From the NCBI RefSeq assembly GCF_018977255.1, contig NW_024704742.1, positions 32,304,001-32,368,000 on the forward strand: DNA of 64,000 nucleotides, in the 5' to 3' direction. The DNA is from Callorhinchus milii. Lineage: Eukaryota. The notes below the pieces were generated by a model. That model had not been told where the DNA came from, made no database searches, and saw only the letters and a program-made list of their open reading frames with translations. How positions within the stretch are numbered: the stretch's first letter is position 1; each line of letters begins with the position of its first letter. A program made the position numbers and the translations under genes. Of this stretch, positions 1-11,670 are shown in pieces.

Positions 1-96
1 TACCAGGAAGAAAGAAAGAAATATTGAAATAGTATTGACCAGGCATATTGATACTGTATTAATATAATGCTGAGATAGAGCTTGTATTTTAATTAC

Positions 97-998
97 AACA
101 ACAACTTGCACTTATATAGCGCCATCCACTCAGGGTAGAGTCTCAGAGGGCTTGACAGTGACAGAGCCTGACTCCTAGCCAGGGGAGTTGGGTGTGGTGA
201 CCGTAAGCATGGTTGAAAAGGAAAGTTTTCAGTCGGGACTTGGAAAAGAGGAGAAAGGAGGCAAGGTGGAGGGATTTAGGGAGCGTGTTCCAGAGTTTTG
301 GGGACAGTGGCTGAATATGCGACTTGATCAGTAAAGTGGAGGGTGCGAGGGACAAGCAGGAAACCGGTGTCAATCGAGCAGAGGTGCCGGGTAACGGATT
401 CGAGGGTATGGGATTGAAGGGAATTGAACACGAGTGTGAAGATCTTCAAGTCGATCTGTTCGGTGATGGGGAACCAGGGGAGCCTGGCCAAACCTGGTGA
501 GATGGGAGTGCGGAGTTTGATCTGGGTAAGTATTCGGGCAGCAGTTCTGAATGAGCTGGATTTTCTGAATAGTGGAGCAAGGGAGACCGGCGAGTAGTGC
601 ATTTGGGTAATCCAAGCAGGAGGTGGCAATATGCATATAGGGTTTCGGCTACATTTGCAATAATGTACGGTGGGAGGCAGGCAATGTGGCGGAGGTGAAA
701 GAAGATGGTCCTGGCCAGAGTCTGGATGCGGGGAAGGAAGGACAGTTGGGGGTCAAACCGGATGCCGAGATTGCGCACTGGTTCGGTGAATCTGAGGGAT
801 AGCCCAGGGAGGTTGAGGAGTTCAGATCCACAGGAGTCAACATGTTGATGGGAGCCAAGGAGTACGGCTTCCGTCTTGTCCACATCCAGCTGCAGGAAGT
901 TTGCACTCATCCAAGCCCTGATGTCCGCCAGACAAGCTGATAGAACACCGGCGGACCCGGAGTCGATACTGGAGGAGGCAGAGTAGATTTGTGCGTCA
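97..998 (-). mobile_element. L2-clade LINE, 5'-truncated decayed copy (subfamily A), C-terminal RT region to 3' tail
   Basis: Minus-strand ORFs give RAWMSANFLQLDVDKTEA, RNLGIRFDPQLSF, TSCLDYPNALLAGLP, LWNTLP...KSRLKTFLF (L2 ORF2 motifs, frameshifted); 3' end ...GCGCTATATAAGTGCAAG(TTG)n at ~97-125. Confidence 0.93.
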
Positions 999-1042
999 CA
1001 TTGATCAATATTAGTATCTATACTGATATGTGTAACTCTCAG

Positions 1043-1139
1043 TTCTGACGAGGGGTCGTCGACCCGAAACGCTGACTCACGTTCCTTTCTCCATAGATGC
1101 TGCCTGACCTGCTGAGTGTTCCCCAGCTCTCTCTGTTTT
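1043..1139 (+). mobile_element. ~97-bp insertion with minimal type I hammerhead ribozyme motif (Penelope-like/retrozyme-like mini-element), copy 1
   Basis: AGTT-CTGACGA-G-GGGTC(GTC)GACCC-GAAAC-GCT-GACT; perfect 14-bp direct repeat TGTGTAACTCTCAG at 1029-1042 and 1140-1153; homologous to 42526-42624. Confidence 0.8.
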
Positions 1140-1223
1140 TGTGTAACTCTCAGCCTGGTTTTGACCCTTTTAAGCCTGGTGATGGGTTTCCACATGTGTC
1201 AAGACAAAAAAAAAAGCAGTGTC

Positions 1224-1410
1224 CTGCAGTTACCACGTCCTGACAGTAGATGGAGCGACATGTTCTGGTTATAGTTACTCTATCCATCCATTAGGTAGTG
1301 CTGTGGTTCCTCAGTGCAGCTGTAGATGATTCTCCTTTGAGTCCAGTTTCTACCACTGGGTTATTCCCAATTATTTTCTGTATTCTCAGGTACACCGCGA
1401 GGTGGCGCTG
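1224..1410 (+). promoter_or_regulatory. Cluster of up to three co-oriented CTCF-like motifs
   Basis: CCGCGAGGTGGCGC (1395-1408, near consensus); ACAGTAGATGGAGC (1243-1256) with upstream CTGCAGTTACC; CCATTAGGTAGTGC (1288-1301) with upstream TATAGTTACT at the same spacing. Confidence 0.55.
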
Positions 1411-1569
1411 CATCATTTATTATTATCGGGCAGTTTTACAACCTGGAAAATATTCCAAAATAATGTTGTAGTTTCGTCCACTGCTTAATCATATTTGGTC
1501 TCTTATTGCTAACTGTGATTCCTGAAAAGGAAAACGGGGGGTAAATAAAATTAGTATGGATGCATCATT

Positions 1570-1720
1570 GCAGCTCGCTCACTCCGCTCTTTCGAGGCAC
1601 ATTTCCCTCCACACGCACACCCCTCAGGACCCACTTCTCGCTCGGCTGCCCATTCCAGCCCTATGAATCGCTTTGAGATGTCCTGCCGATGTGAAAAGCG
1701 TTATATAAATGTAGATTGCA
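1570..1720 (+). mobile_element. L2 3'-end fragment (subfamily B tail)
   Basis: ATCGCTTTGAGATGTCCTGCCGATGTGAAAAGCGTTATATAAATGTAG tail, matching the L2 copies at 8990 and 12630. Confidence 0.7.
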
Positions 1721-3086
1721 CTGCGTCATTTGGCTTCCAGATGTCTTTTTTGAGGCCGTATCATTCTGGCACAATCAGATTGTACAGAGCTTCCGTCTAA
1801 ATGACCAATACCCACAGACGAATGAGGTTTCCAGAGCTGGAGACACATGAGGCATCACCCCCTCAACTGTTTTGAGTGAGGCAGGAAATGCAACTGGCAT
1901 CCAGGCAGTGCCTTGAAAAACTGCGGAGCAGCCTGGCTCAGGACCCAGACACCTGCTACTGCCACAGAGGATTGACATTCTGTTGCTAAAACCAGTTTAG
2001 CTCCAAGGAATCCCTGCTTACCTCTCCCCCCTCCATGGAGAATAGTCATTGTTGGTCATTTGACACAATTTAGCATTTTTGTAGGTTCATGCTTTCCTGA
2101 GTCCTAAACCTGTTGACTTTAGTCTGTCCCAGTCTCCATCTTTTGCTATGGAAAATCCATTACAGTCATGATGTGAATTTTCCCATCACAAATATGAGAC
2201 TTCTGTGATGATAAGGATTTATGGAAGGTCCCCTGTTGCAGACAGCAAGGCCACAGCTTCTACTTTGATGTCACACATTATGAAGCATTTGTGCAAAAGA
2301 TCGATCAATGTCTCAAGCTCTATAGTCAGGAAGTCTGGAATCTGCTGATGAGGATCTTAAAGACATGACACTTCAATATTTTCTGTGGGATTCAGTTAAC
2401 AAGCTTCAGAACCTCATCTATATCTTCAATACATTGAATTTCAAGTCACTTCAAACCAATATAGCTATACAAAGCCAGAACTCGAGTCAGAATCATGCAG
2501 AACAAGAAGGACTTGTATTCTTATATTGCTGTAACATGTCTCAAAGTCCTTACCCCAATTACTGCAAGTGTTTTTGTAGCCACAGTTTAAAGCTCATCGG
2601 ATTACAAGAGGGCACTTCGCTCCATTTGATCTAATTTTTCCTTAATACCCACTCGAACACCCAAATGCAAGGACTATTATTATTATTATTATTATTATTA
2701 TTAGTGGCTTCAGGATTTCTATCCTAGGGAATAAATGATCCAGGATTCCCACTCCTGATCACTATGCAGTGATTCTTACTGGAAAGTGACTACATGTGGA
2801 TATAATAATAATAATCCTTACATTTGGTACAGCACTTTTCACATTGAGAAGACATCCCGTGCTCACAAGATTTTCTGTAAAGTGTGGTGACTGAGTGTTT
2901 TGTTGGCAATATTAGATAAGGACTGGAATATACTTATGCTTCTGGTAAAAATAGCCCACCCCCCCTCCCTGAATACCCCACTGACATTTACTGTCTGGGG
3001 CTCACACATAAAGGAAGTATACCAGTTTGAGTGAAGTAGTGGAGGATGACCAGTTGCTGTGGATTATACCCTGGAATGAATCAGTG

Positions 3087-4790
3087 TCAACAACAACAAC
3101 AACTTGCACTTATAGAGCATCCTCCACTCAGGGTAGCCTCTCAGAGTGCTTAACAGTGGCGGAGTCTGACTCTGAGCCAGGGGTGGGGTGGGGGTGGCCG
3201 TAAGCACGGTCGAAGAGGAAGGTATTCAGGCAGGACTTGAAAAAGGAGAGGGGGCAAGATGGAGGGATTGAGGGAGAGTGTTTCAGAGTTTCAGGTGAAG
3301 TGGCTGAAAGTGCGACCTCCAATGGTGGGGCGGAGGGTGCGAGGGATGAGCCAGGAGGCTAATGCCAGTCCAGCGGAGAGAAGGTCGGAGAGGTAGGGAG
3401 TGAATGGATTTGAACACGAATGTGAGGATCTTGAAGTCGATCCATTCGGTGATGGGGAGCCAGTGGAGCCTGGCCAGAACTGGTGAGAGTTGGGTACGGA
3501 GTTTGGTCCGGGTCAGTATACGGGCGGCAGAGTTCTGAATGAGCTGGATCTTCTGAATAGTGGAGCTGGGGAGATCGGCAATGAGTGTGTTTGAGTAATC
3601 CAGGCGGGAGGTGACAAATGCATGCACGAGGGTTTCAGCTGCGTTTGGGGTAAGGTATGGTTGGAGGTGGACAATGTGGCGGATGTGGAAGAAAGTGGTC
3701 CTGGTTAGGGACTGGATGTGGGAGAGGAAGGACAGCTGGGGGTTGAACCATACTCCTAGATTGCCCACTGGTTCAGTGAGTCTGAGGGAGAGCTCAGGGA
3801 GGTTGAGGAGTTCGGATCCTCAGGAGTGAAGACGTTGATGGGAGCTAAGTATGACTTCCATCTTGTCCACATTCAGCTGCAGGAAGTTTGCACTCATCCA
3901 GACCTTAATGCCTGCCAGACGAGCTGCTAGAACATCGGCAGACCTGGAGTTGGTACTGGAGGAGGCAAAGTAGATTTGTGTGTCATCCATATACATGTGG
4001 ACGTTTACCCGGTGTCAGTGGATGACATCGCCCAGAGGGAGCATATAGATAAGAAAAGAAGAGGGCCAAGAATGGAGCCTTGGGGTACCCCGCAGGTGAC
4101 TGGGCGGGGGCAGGAGAAGAAACCATTTGTTAAATTGGACTCGAACCATGTGAGTGTGGTCCGACTAAGGTGGATGAGGAGAGGCAGTGGAGGAGGATGA
4201 CATGGTTGACTTTGTCGAACACGGCAGAAAGATCCAGGAGGACGAGGAGTCACAGACAGAGAGGATGTTGTTTGTGACTTTGACAAGCGCGTTTCTGTAC
4301 CATGGGCAGAGCGAAAACCAGACTGCAGGAGCTTGAGGAGGGATTTTTTGACGAGAGAAGGGGGAGTTGAGTGACAAGCAACTGGGTGCAGAGGGTCGAG
4401 GTAGCAGGTGGTGAACTTCATCTGGGTGATTGTGGTTGAGATGGAGGAGAGAGAAATGGGGGCAAGGGAGTGTAAGGAGGGGGAGAGTAGCAGGAGCTGC
4501 GGCGGAGGGAGAAGGCAGTGTGGATGGTCTGGGTGGGGTGGATGGAGATATGGGTTGGGGGAGAGGACAATACAACCAAGCAGATGTTTTTAATCTTTCA
4601 GGTGAAGAAGTCTAGGACCTTTTTGCACTTGGAGTTTGACATGAGGATAATGGGGGCTTTAGGGTGGGTGATGAACAGTGAAAAACAACGTCTTTGGATT
4701 GTTGTGACTCCCGGAGATGAGAAAATTGGAGTGGGCGAGAGGAAAAGGGCCTGCAACTTTCACATTCAATTCTTGTCCTTGGTAAAGCAC
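3087..4790 (-). mobile_element. L2 LINE (subfamily A), ~1.7 kb decayed ORF2 with internal deletions
   Basis: LQSGFRSAHGTET, CGVPQGSILGPLLF, NLGVWFNPQLSF, HAFVTSRLDYSN, LHWLPITEWIDFKIL; (TTG)n tail at ~3087-3105. Confidence 0.95.
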
Positions 4791-5289
4791 TTCAGATTAG
4801 TCATGAATTGATATGGAATTGTACACAAAACTAAATAAATTGCATTCAATTTATTCTCATAAGGGGACCCTGACTTTTATTTAATGAATCACTGAATTGT
4901 ATTGCAGTCATAGAACAAAATAATGCAATTTGTTTGCTGTGCACTGGCATGACAGAGTGAAGGGGTTTTATCTTTTCATTTGAAATTACAGCTATGATTT
5001 ATTCATACCTGTCCAGTCACATCAGATGCTGCTATCTGATGTACCATAATGTTTCCTGTGTTACAGTCGCTTTCCATTTTTTCCCTCTTCTGAGTCAAAC
5101 ACTAGTGTCAGATCCCTGAGGAGATGAGATGGAAACACAGCAAAATAAAAATGTTACGTCGCAAAACTTTTTACCGGGATGGATATTTTTAGACCCCTTA
5201 TTTTCAACCGTTAGTCATATTTGCTCAGGAAGATTAAGAAAGGACCTGTAAACTGGAATAGGATGTTGGGATAACATTAATGAAACGGT

Positions 5290-5400
5290 AACAAGATGTT
5301 AGTAATGTCAGGCCACAGTTAGGGTGTGAGCTTCTCAATGAGAGCAGTTCTAACATGGATGATGTTAAGGATCCCACAACAGCATTCGAAAAAATAAGGG
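5290..5400 (+). mobile_element. Fragment of a divergent tRNA/Deu-like SINE variant
   Basis: Reverse-complement similarity to 18195-18300 (TAGTAATG..GGCCA.AGT...GGGTG..AGCTT...AATG.GAGCAGTTCTAA..TGGATGA.GTTAAG.ATCCCAC). Confidence 0.6.
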
Positions 5401-5820
5401 AAGCTAGACCTTCACACAAGGGGAAGGGGAATAGAAGCATGTGGGAGGGAGTAAGGAGCGACTGTAGACTCATGTAGAGTAGACACACTGTCGCAAATTG
5501 TTTGGCCAGAGTGGCCTGTTTCCATGATGTACATTCTTTGTAATTTTTTGTAAATGCAAGGTACTAGGTGATATGTTCAGAGGTGTTTACTGCCAAAGTG
5601 CATGGATATAGAGGCACTGATGAGCATTGTATTGAACAAGGGAACTGACAGTAAAACATTTTTTTGAAACATTGAACAGACATTGAACAACATTGAACTC
5701 CAATGAACTGGAATTTTAAAAGTCTGTTCTTTCATTTTGTGAAGCAAATTGCAGATAAGATAATTTTTAAATTGTTATAGGAAGTACACTCAACTTTGAT
5801 GCTAAGTTTGCTATTAAGGA

Positions 5821-6720
5821 AATAAGAACATAAGAAAATAAGAAATGCTAGACAAAAAAAAGTCCAAGGTCCATCTAGTTTGTCTTCCACCTTCCTGGCG
5901 GTCGCATGCAAATGCCCCGAACTATGTATGTACTATGTTCCATAATATTATTTCCTAAAAGAAAACTATCTAATCTGTGATTGAAGGAATCAACATTTCC
6001 TACTTCAACCGTCTCCCTAGGTAGCCTGTCCCACAGGTTTCCTATTTCCTCACTGAAATAGTCTTTTTGTAGATTTGTTCTGAATTTACCGCCTTCAATT
6101 GCAGGCCACGTCTTCTGGTGTTACTATTCTGGACTAGTTGAAACAGCCTGTCATGATCTACATTGTCTAAGCGCTTTAGAGTCTTAAAGACAGCAATCAT
6201 ATCGCCTCTCAATCTCGTTTCCGGTGTGAACATGCCCAATTTACTTAGTCACTCCTAATAGTCCAGTCCCTCCAGTCCCTCAATCATCCTGATTGATCTC
6301 CTCTGTATCATCTTGATTTCTCTCATATCCTTTTTGTACTGCGGCAACCAGAACTGTACACAGTACTCTAAGTACATTCTCACCAATGATTTATATAGTG
6401 GCAATACAATATAATAATATAATAGTGGCAATATTACTATTTTGACTTGCCATTGATCTTTTGATACATACCAACATCTGGTTTGGTTTATTCACTGCCA
6501 CAGAGCATTGTTATGAGAGCTTCAATGTATTGTCAATCAGGATCCCCAGGTCCTTTTCATTTTCCATACATATTATTTTTCTTCTGTTCCAATAATAGTC
6601 CCTTCCTGGATTTTTTGTCCCCATTTGAAATACTTTACATTTCTGCATATTGAATTTCACCTGCCACTGGTCTGCCCAATTTCCAAGTAGGTTCAAATCC
6701 TCCTGTAACCTGTAACCTGC
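5821..6720 (-). mobile_element. CR1 LINE, decayed 3' part of ORF2 plus 3' UTR
   Basis: WADQWQVKFNMQKCKV, EKDLGILID, RLRGDMIAVFK motifs; TTCTTATG-like terminal repeat at ~5821-5845. Confidence 0.92.
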
Positions 6721-7270
6721 TATCCTTCATAAATGCCATTCCTCACTGTACTTTCACTGGGAAAAGCTTGCATGAAATTAAATAGGCTGGGAAAAATGAA
6801 GAAATAAATAAACATCTTGCCTTCATGATAACTAAAAAGCCAAACACAATCCTCAGTGGTTGTATGCAAATATATGGCAAATATAAGTAGTCAGGGATAT
6901 TATGCCAAAGAAACTGATTATACAATGCTCAGGAAGTCAAGATAATGGAGTCACGGCTGTTCTTGAGCACAGAAGAGGAAAAATGAACAAATAATTTAGA
7001 TTTAACTGATTAATTCATGGGATAGTAAACACTATGCATGGAACGACTTGCCATTGAGCCAGTACAAATAGATAATGTGAACAATTTCATCATGGAATTT
7101 GATAGATATATGATGACAGTGGAGATTGCTGGAGGCGAGAGAAAACAATAACAAGCAATGTATCTTAGAAAATTTGAGCAACCAGATAGACCATAATATT
7201 TTTCATTGTTTTTGTATGTTCCTGTTTTTATGTCTCTCTGTCAAGTGAAAGAATTACTTATCAAGAACAT

Positions 7271-7520
7271 TGCCAACCTGGCTCATTTGGTCGCACTCTC
7301 GTCTCTTGATTCAGATGCTTAATAGTTCGAGCTCCATGTCAGGACTTTGAATTCACAGTCCAGGCTGACACTCCATTACGATGCGGATGATTGTAAGAAG
7401 AGGGGAACGTTCGGCTGTTGGAAGAGCTATCTCGTGGATGCGACATTAAACCAAAGTCCCATCAGCCTGTTCAGATTAATTCTATGAAAGGCAGTTGCCA
7501 AAGAGATTATTCCGGGTGGG
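7271..7520 (+). mobile_element. Deu-domain tRNA-derived SINE, 5' part
   Basis: Head TGGCTCATTTGGTCGCACTCTC...GTTCGAGCTCC (A/B boxes) followed by GGATGCGACATTAAACCAAAGTCC. Confidence 0.75.
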
Positions 7521-7579
7521 AAGACTTCTCAAAGTGCTTCACAGGATTTGATGTGAAGCACTTTGAGGATGCGAAGGCA

Positions 7580-7860
7580 GCAGCAATGTCCTATACACAG
7601 CCATGAAGTGAATGATCAATTGTGTCTGTTGTTCAGCACTGGGAGAAATGCCTTTCTCTTTTCAGATAGTGCCATGGGATTTTAACATCAGCCTGAATGG
7701 ACAGAAGGGACCTTAGAGTAACATTTCACTCGAAGGATGGCACCCTGACACACTACTTCTCAAGCACTGTATTGGATTGTCATGAGTTGAAAGTCCCTAC
7801 ATGGGGCTTGAACCTAGAACCTTCTGACTCAGAAGCAAGTGCTACCAACTGAGCCAGCCT
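7580..7860 (-). mobile_element. Deu-domain tRNA-derived SINE
   Basis: Minus strand GGCTCAGTTGGTAGCAC...TGAGTCAGAAGG...GTTCAAGCCCCA and AATCCCATGGCACTAT. Confidence 0.8.
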
Positions 7861-8164
7861 TGCAATATTTACCTTTGGCTATACGTCATTCAATAACTTC
7901 AGTAATGGTGGGAGTCAATGATTTTAGGAACAAAGCTCCTGATGCAAGGCAGCAGTGAATTTAAATATTTAAATCAAGCACCCAGTAGGAAATATGGTGC
8001 AGACCTTAACTCACTTTGGCTAATGCTAAGGCTTTATGCTCACTTCAGTGGAAGATAAGCCATTTTTTCCAGTTTATCTTGTACATCTTTGGCTCCACAG
8101 CGTTTGCCTAATAATAATAACAATAATAATCTTTGCATTTGATATAGCACCTTTTATACAAAGT

Positions 8165-9430
8165 TAAGAGACGGGGTAAGTTGTATAGATGGGAGTAGGA
8201 AGATACAAAGGGACTGAGATAGATTAAATTAGTGGGTAAAACTGTGGCAGATGGAATTAATGTGGGGAAGTGTGAGGTCATCCACTATGGATCCAAAAAT
8301 AGCAAAATCGAATGTTTTCTAAATGGTGAGAAACTAAGAACTGTGGAGGAGCAAAGGGATTTGGGTGTCCATGTACACAAGTCACTAAAAACAAGCTCAC
8401 AGGTACAAAAAGTTATCAAAAAAGCTAATGAGATGTTGGCCTTTATCTCAAGGGAGCTGGAATATAAAGGAGAGGAAATGATGCTTCAACCATAAAGATC
8501 CTTGGTCAGACCCAATCTGAAGTATTGGGTTCAGTTTTGGGCACCGCACCTCAAGAAGGATATATTGGCTTTGGAGGGAGTGTTCACCAGAATGATACCC
8601 GGGTTTAAAGGATTAAATTATGAGGACAGGTTGCATAAACTTGGTCTCTATTTCCTTGAGGTTAGAAGGTTGAGGGGTGATCTGATCAAGGTTTTTAAAA
8701 TAATAAAGGGATTCGATAGGGTTGATACCCCTCCTCTGGTGGGGTAATCCAGAACAAAGGGGCATAATCTTAAAATTAGAGTTAAGCCATTTAGGAGTGA
8801 AATCAGGAGGCAGTTTTTCACCCAAAGGAAAGTGGAAACCTGGAACTCTCTCCCACAAAAGGCTGTGGATCCATTCACATTTTCAAGGAGGTAGATAGAT
8901 ATTTGTTAGGTTAGGGTATTAAGGGATTTGGGTAAGGCTGGGTAACTGGACTTGAGGTACAGATCAGCCACGATCTTACAAAATGGTGGAACAACAACAA
9001 CAAAATTACATTTATAGAGCGCCTTTCACATCAGCAGGATGTCCCAAAGCGCTGAACAGTCAGGTGTCAGGGGCCGAGTGTGGGGGAGGGGTGAGATAGG
9101 GTGAGGGAAGGCAGAGAGGTGAGAGGGAGACCAAAGGCACGGTCGAAGAGAAGGGTCTTGAGACCGGCCTTGAAGGAGGCAAGGGAGGAAGCGAGGCGAA
9201 GGGACCATGGGATGGAGTTCCAGAGTATGGGGGCAGAAAGGCTGAAAGCCCGGCCACTGATGGTAGGGTGCATCGGGCGGGAGACGTGGAGCAGCCCTGA
9301 GCCCGATGAAGAGAGGGAGCGGGCAGGTTGGTAGGGAGTCAGCAGGTCAGAGAGGTAGGAGGGGGAAGGCCATGGATGGCCTTAAAGGCTAGAGGGTCTT
9401 AATATCCTGCCCTGCTTCTATGTTTCTTAT
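8165..9430 (+). mobile_element. CR1 LINE 3' fragment, interrupted near its 3' end by an L2 insertion (8990-9390)
   Basis: NVGKCEVIHYG, QRDLGVHVHKSLK, VRPNLKYWVQFWAP, RRLRGDLIKVFK; 3' UTR resumes at ~9388-9430 ending CTATGTTTCTTAT. Confidence 0.93.
8990..9390 (-). mobile_element. L2 3' fragment (subfamily B) nested in CR1
   Basis: GRAFSLSAPILWNSIP...FKAGLKTLLF; tail CAGCGCTTTGGGACATCCTGCTGATGTGAAAGGCGCTCTATAAATGTAATT(TTG)n. Confidence 0.92.
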
Positions 9431-9660
9431 CACGTCATTGAGACGTCTCAAAGCGCTTCACAGAATATATTGTAGAATGAATTGACTGTATATTTTGTGG
9501 GCGAAACACAGCAGCCAATTACACACAACAGTATCCCACACATAGTTGTGGATTGAGTGACCATTTTTTTTGAGGGAATGTTACCCCCGGAAAGCAATCT
9601 GCCAATCGACTAACAACCGGCTTCCTACTTACTGCTAAGTAAACAGTAAGCCTATGTTCC
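9430..9660 (-). mobile_element. CORE-like/Deu hybrid SINE, long variant, partial
   Basis: Minus strand CTGTTTACTTAGCAGTAAGTAGG...GGTCACTCAATCCACAACT...GAAGCGCTTTGAGACGTC, as in the copies at 19024 and 56633. Confidence 0.8.
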
Positions 9661-10304
9661 TTGACAAAAAAGGACTGACAGAAAATCTGCTTCTGGGCCT
9701 GTGTGTGTGTGCAGAGGTTACACAAAGTGCTAAAAGTTGAGTTGGTGGCCTCCGAGGCAGCATCTGTCTGCAGGGAGATCCCAGAATAGAAACTGTGCTT
9801 TGCAATTTCAAAGCCGAATTATGCATTTTGGGAATGCCCAGCAATGGAGAAGAATAAGGAAGCAGGATGCTCTAAAGAGAAATACATACTCAAAGGAATA
9901 TTGATGTGTGTTATCAAATGCTGCAAGGAACGTCAAAAAGTAATCTGTAGCTGGAGTCGAATGCACAGAATATTAAGTTACATTTTTAAAAAAATACACA
10001 GGTTATCAAAGTAGCCAATTTGCTTGCAATCGGTTCTTTGCATTTCAGGAAATTTTAAAGAAAAATCTTACATCGGAAAAAGTCATTTGAATGAAAAGGT
10101 GCTTTATTTTATTGTATGAATTTGGAAGTGCTGATTGAGGCAGCTGTTCAAGAACTGCAGGGTTTCTCTCCAAGGTCATGCAGCTTGTTCCAGGAGACAC
10201 AGGCAGGGCCCAATCTCAGCCAAGTTTCCTTACTTGGAAAAAAANTCTCCCCCACTCCCTCTCGGCTGCCTTGGAGTCATCTGAATTCCTTCCCGTCTGA
10301 GCTT

Positions 10305-11670
10305 CAACAACAACAACAACAACAACAGCATGGATTTGTATAGCGCCCTTCATGCTGGAGGGCGTCTTAGAGCTCTTTACAGTAATGGATCCCAGTGCTG
10401 AGCCAGGGGGATGGAGAGGAAGCTGACTAAAGGCGTGATCGAAGATAAAGGTCTTCAGCAGAGACCTGAAAATAGGAAGAGAGGGAGCGAGGCGAAGGGA
10501 GTGAGTAAGGGAGTTTCAGAGCCTTGGGGCATAGTGGCTGAAGGCATGGCTGCCGAGGGTGGAGTGGAGGACTCGGGGGGACAAGGAGGAGGCCAGACCA
10601 GGAGGAACGAAGGCAAGGGGCACTGTTTTGGGGAGAGAGGAGGTCAGAGAGATAGGAGGGTGCAGAGGAGTGGAGCGATTTGAAGACAAGGGTGAGGATC
10701 TTGAAGTCGATCCTCTCTGGGACAGGCAGCCAGTGCAGTCTGGCAAGGACTGGATGATCGGGGAGCAGAGTTTGGTGCAGGTGAGAATGTGGGCAGCAGA
10801 GTTTTGAATGATCTGGATTTTATGGATTGTGGTGGATGGCAGACCGGCGAGGAGGGCGTTAGAATAGTGCAGCCGAGAGGTGACAAAGGCATGGACCAGG
10901 GTTTCAGTGGCTTTCGGAGAGAGGTATTTGCGGAGGCGGGTTATGCGTCGGAGGTGGAAGAAAGCCGTGCTTGTGAGGAACCTGATGTGGGGGAGGAAGG
11001 ATAATTGGAGGTCGAACCTGATGCCTAGGTTGCGTACGGATTCAGAGAGTTTTAGGGGGAGGTTGGGTAGGTGGAGGAGGTGAGAGCCGTGAGATTTTAG
11101 ACGTTGACCAGAGCCAACGAGGATGGCTTCCGTCTTGTCAACGTTCAGCTGAAGGAAATTTGTGCTCATCAAGCCCCTGAGATCGGGTGAGAGTGGGAGG
11201 AGAAGCCCTTTGTAAAAGATGTACTGCTGGCGGTTCGTGAGGTAGGACTCGAACCAGGCGAGTGCGGTCCCACTGAGGTGGATGACGGAGGAAAGGCGGT
11301 GGAGTAGGATGGCGTGATTGACTGTGTTGAATTCCACAGAGAGGTCCAGGAAGACAAGGAGGCAGAGGGAGCCCTGGTCACAAATAGAGATGATGTCGTT
11401 TGTGACTTTCACAAGCGCAGTCTCTGTACTATGGGCAGAGCGGAGACCAGATTGGAGGGGTTCGAAGAGGGAATGGGAGGAGAGGTGTGCGCAAAGTTGT
11501 TTGGCAACAACGTGTTCTAAGACTTTTGCGAGGAAGGGCAAGTTTGAAATAGGGCGGTAGTGGCTGGGGTTTGAGGAATCAAGGGAAGGTTTCTTGAGGA
11601 GGGGTTGGTGACAGCAGTTTTGAGGGGGGCAGGGACTGATCCGGAGGAGAAGGACTGGTTGATGACATCA
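10305..11670 (-). mobile_element. L2 LINE fragment (341-aa ORF) with the RT catalytic core deleted
   Basis: PFLAKVLEHVVA, LQSGLRSAHSTETAL, FLDLS..F.TVNH joined directly to MSTNFLQLNVDKTEA; PQGS and YADD motifs absent; (TTG)n tail at 10305-10328. Confidence 0.93.

Noticed and set aside
446..1195. 249-aa ORF as a host gene
   Set aside because: Chance fusion of unique DNA, the antisense hammerhead element and frameshifted L2 ORF2
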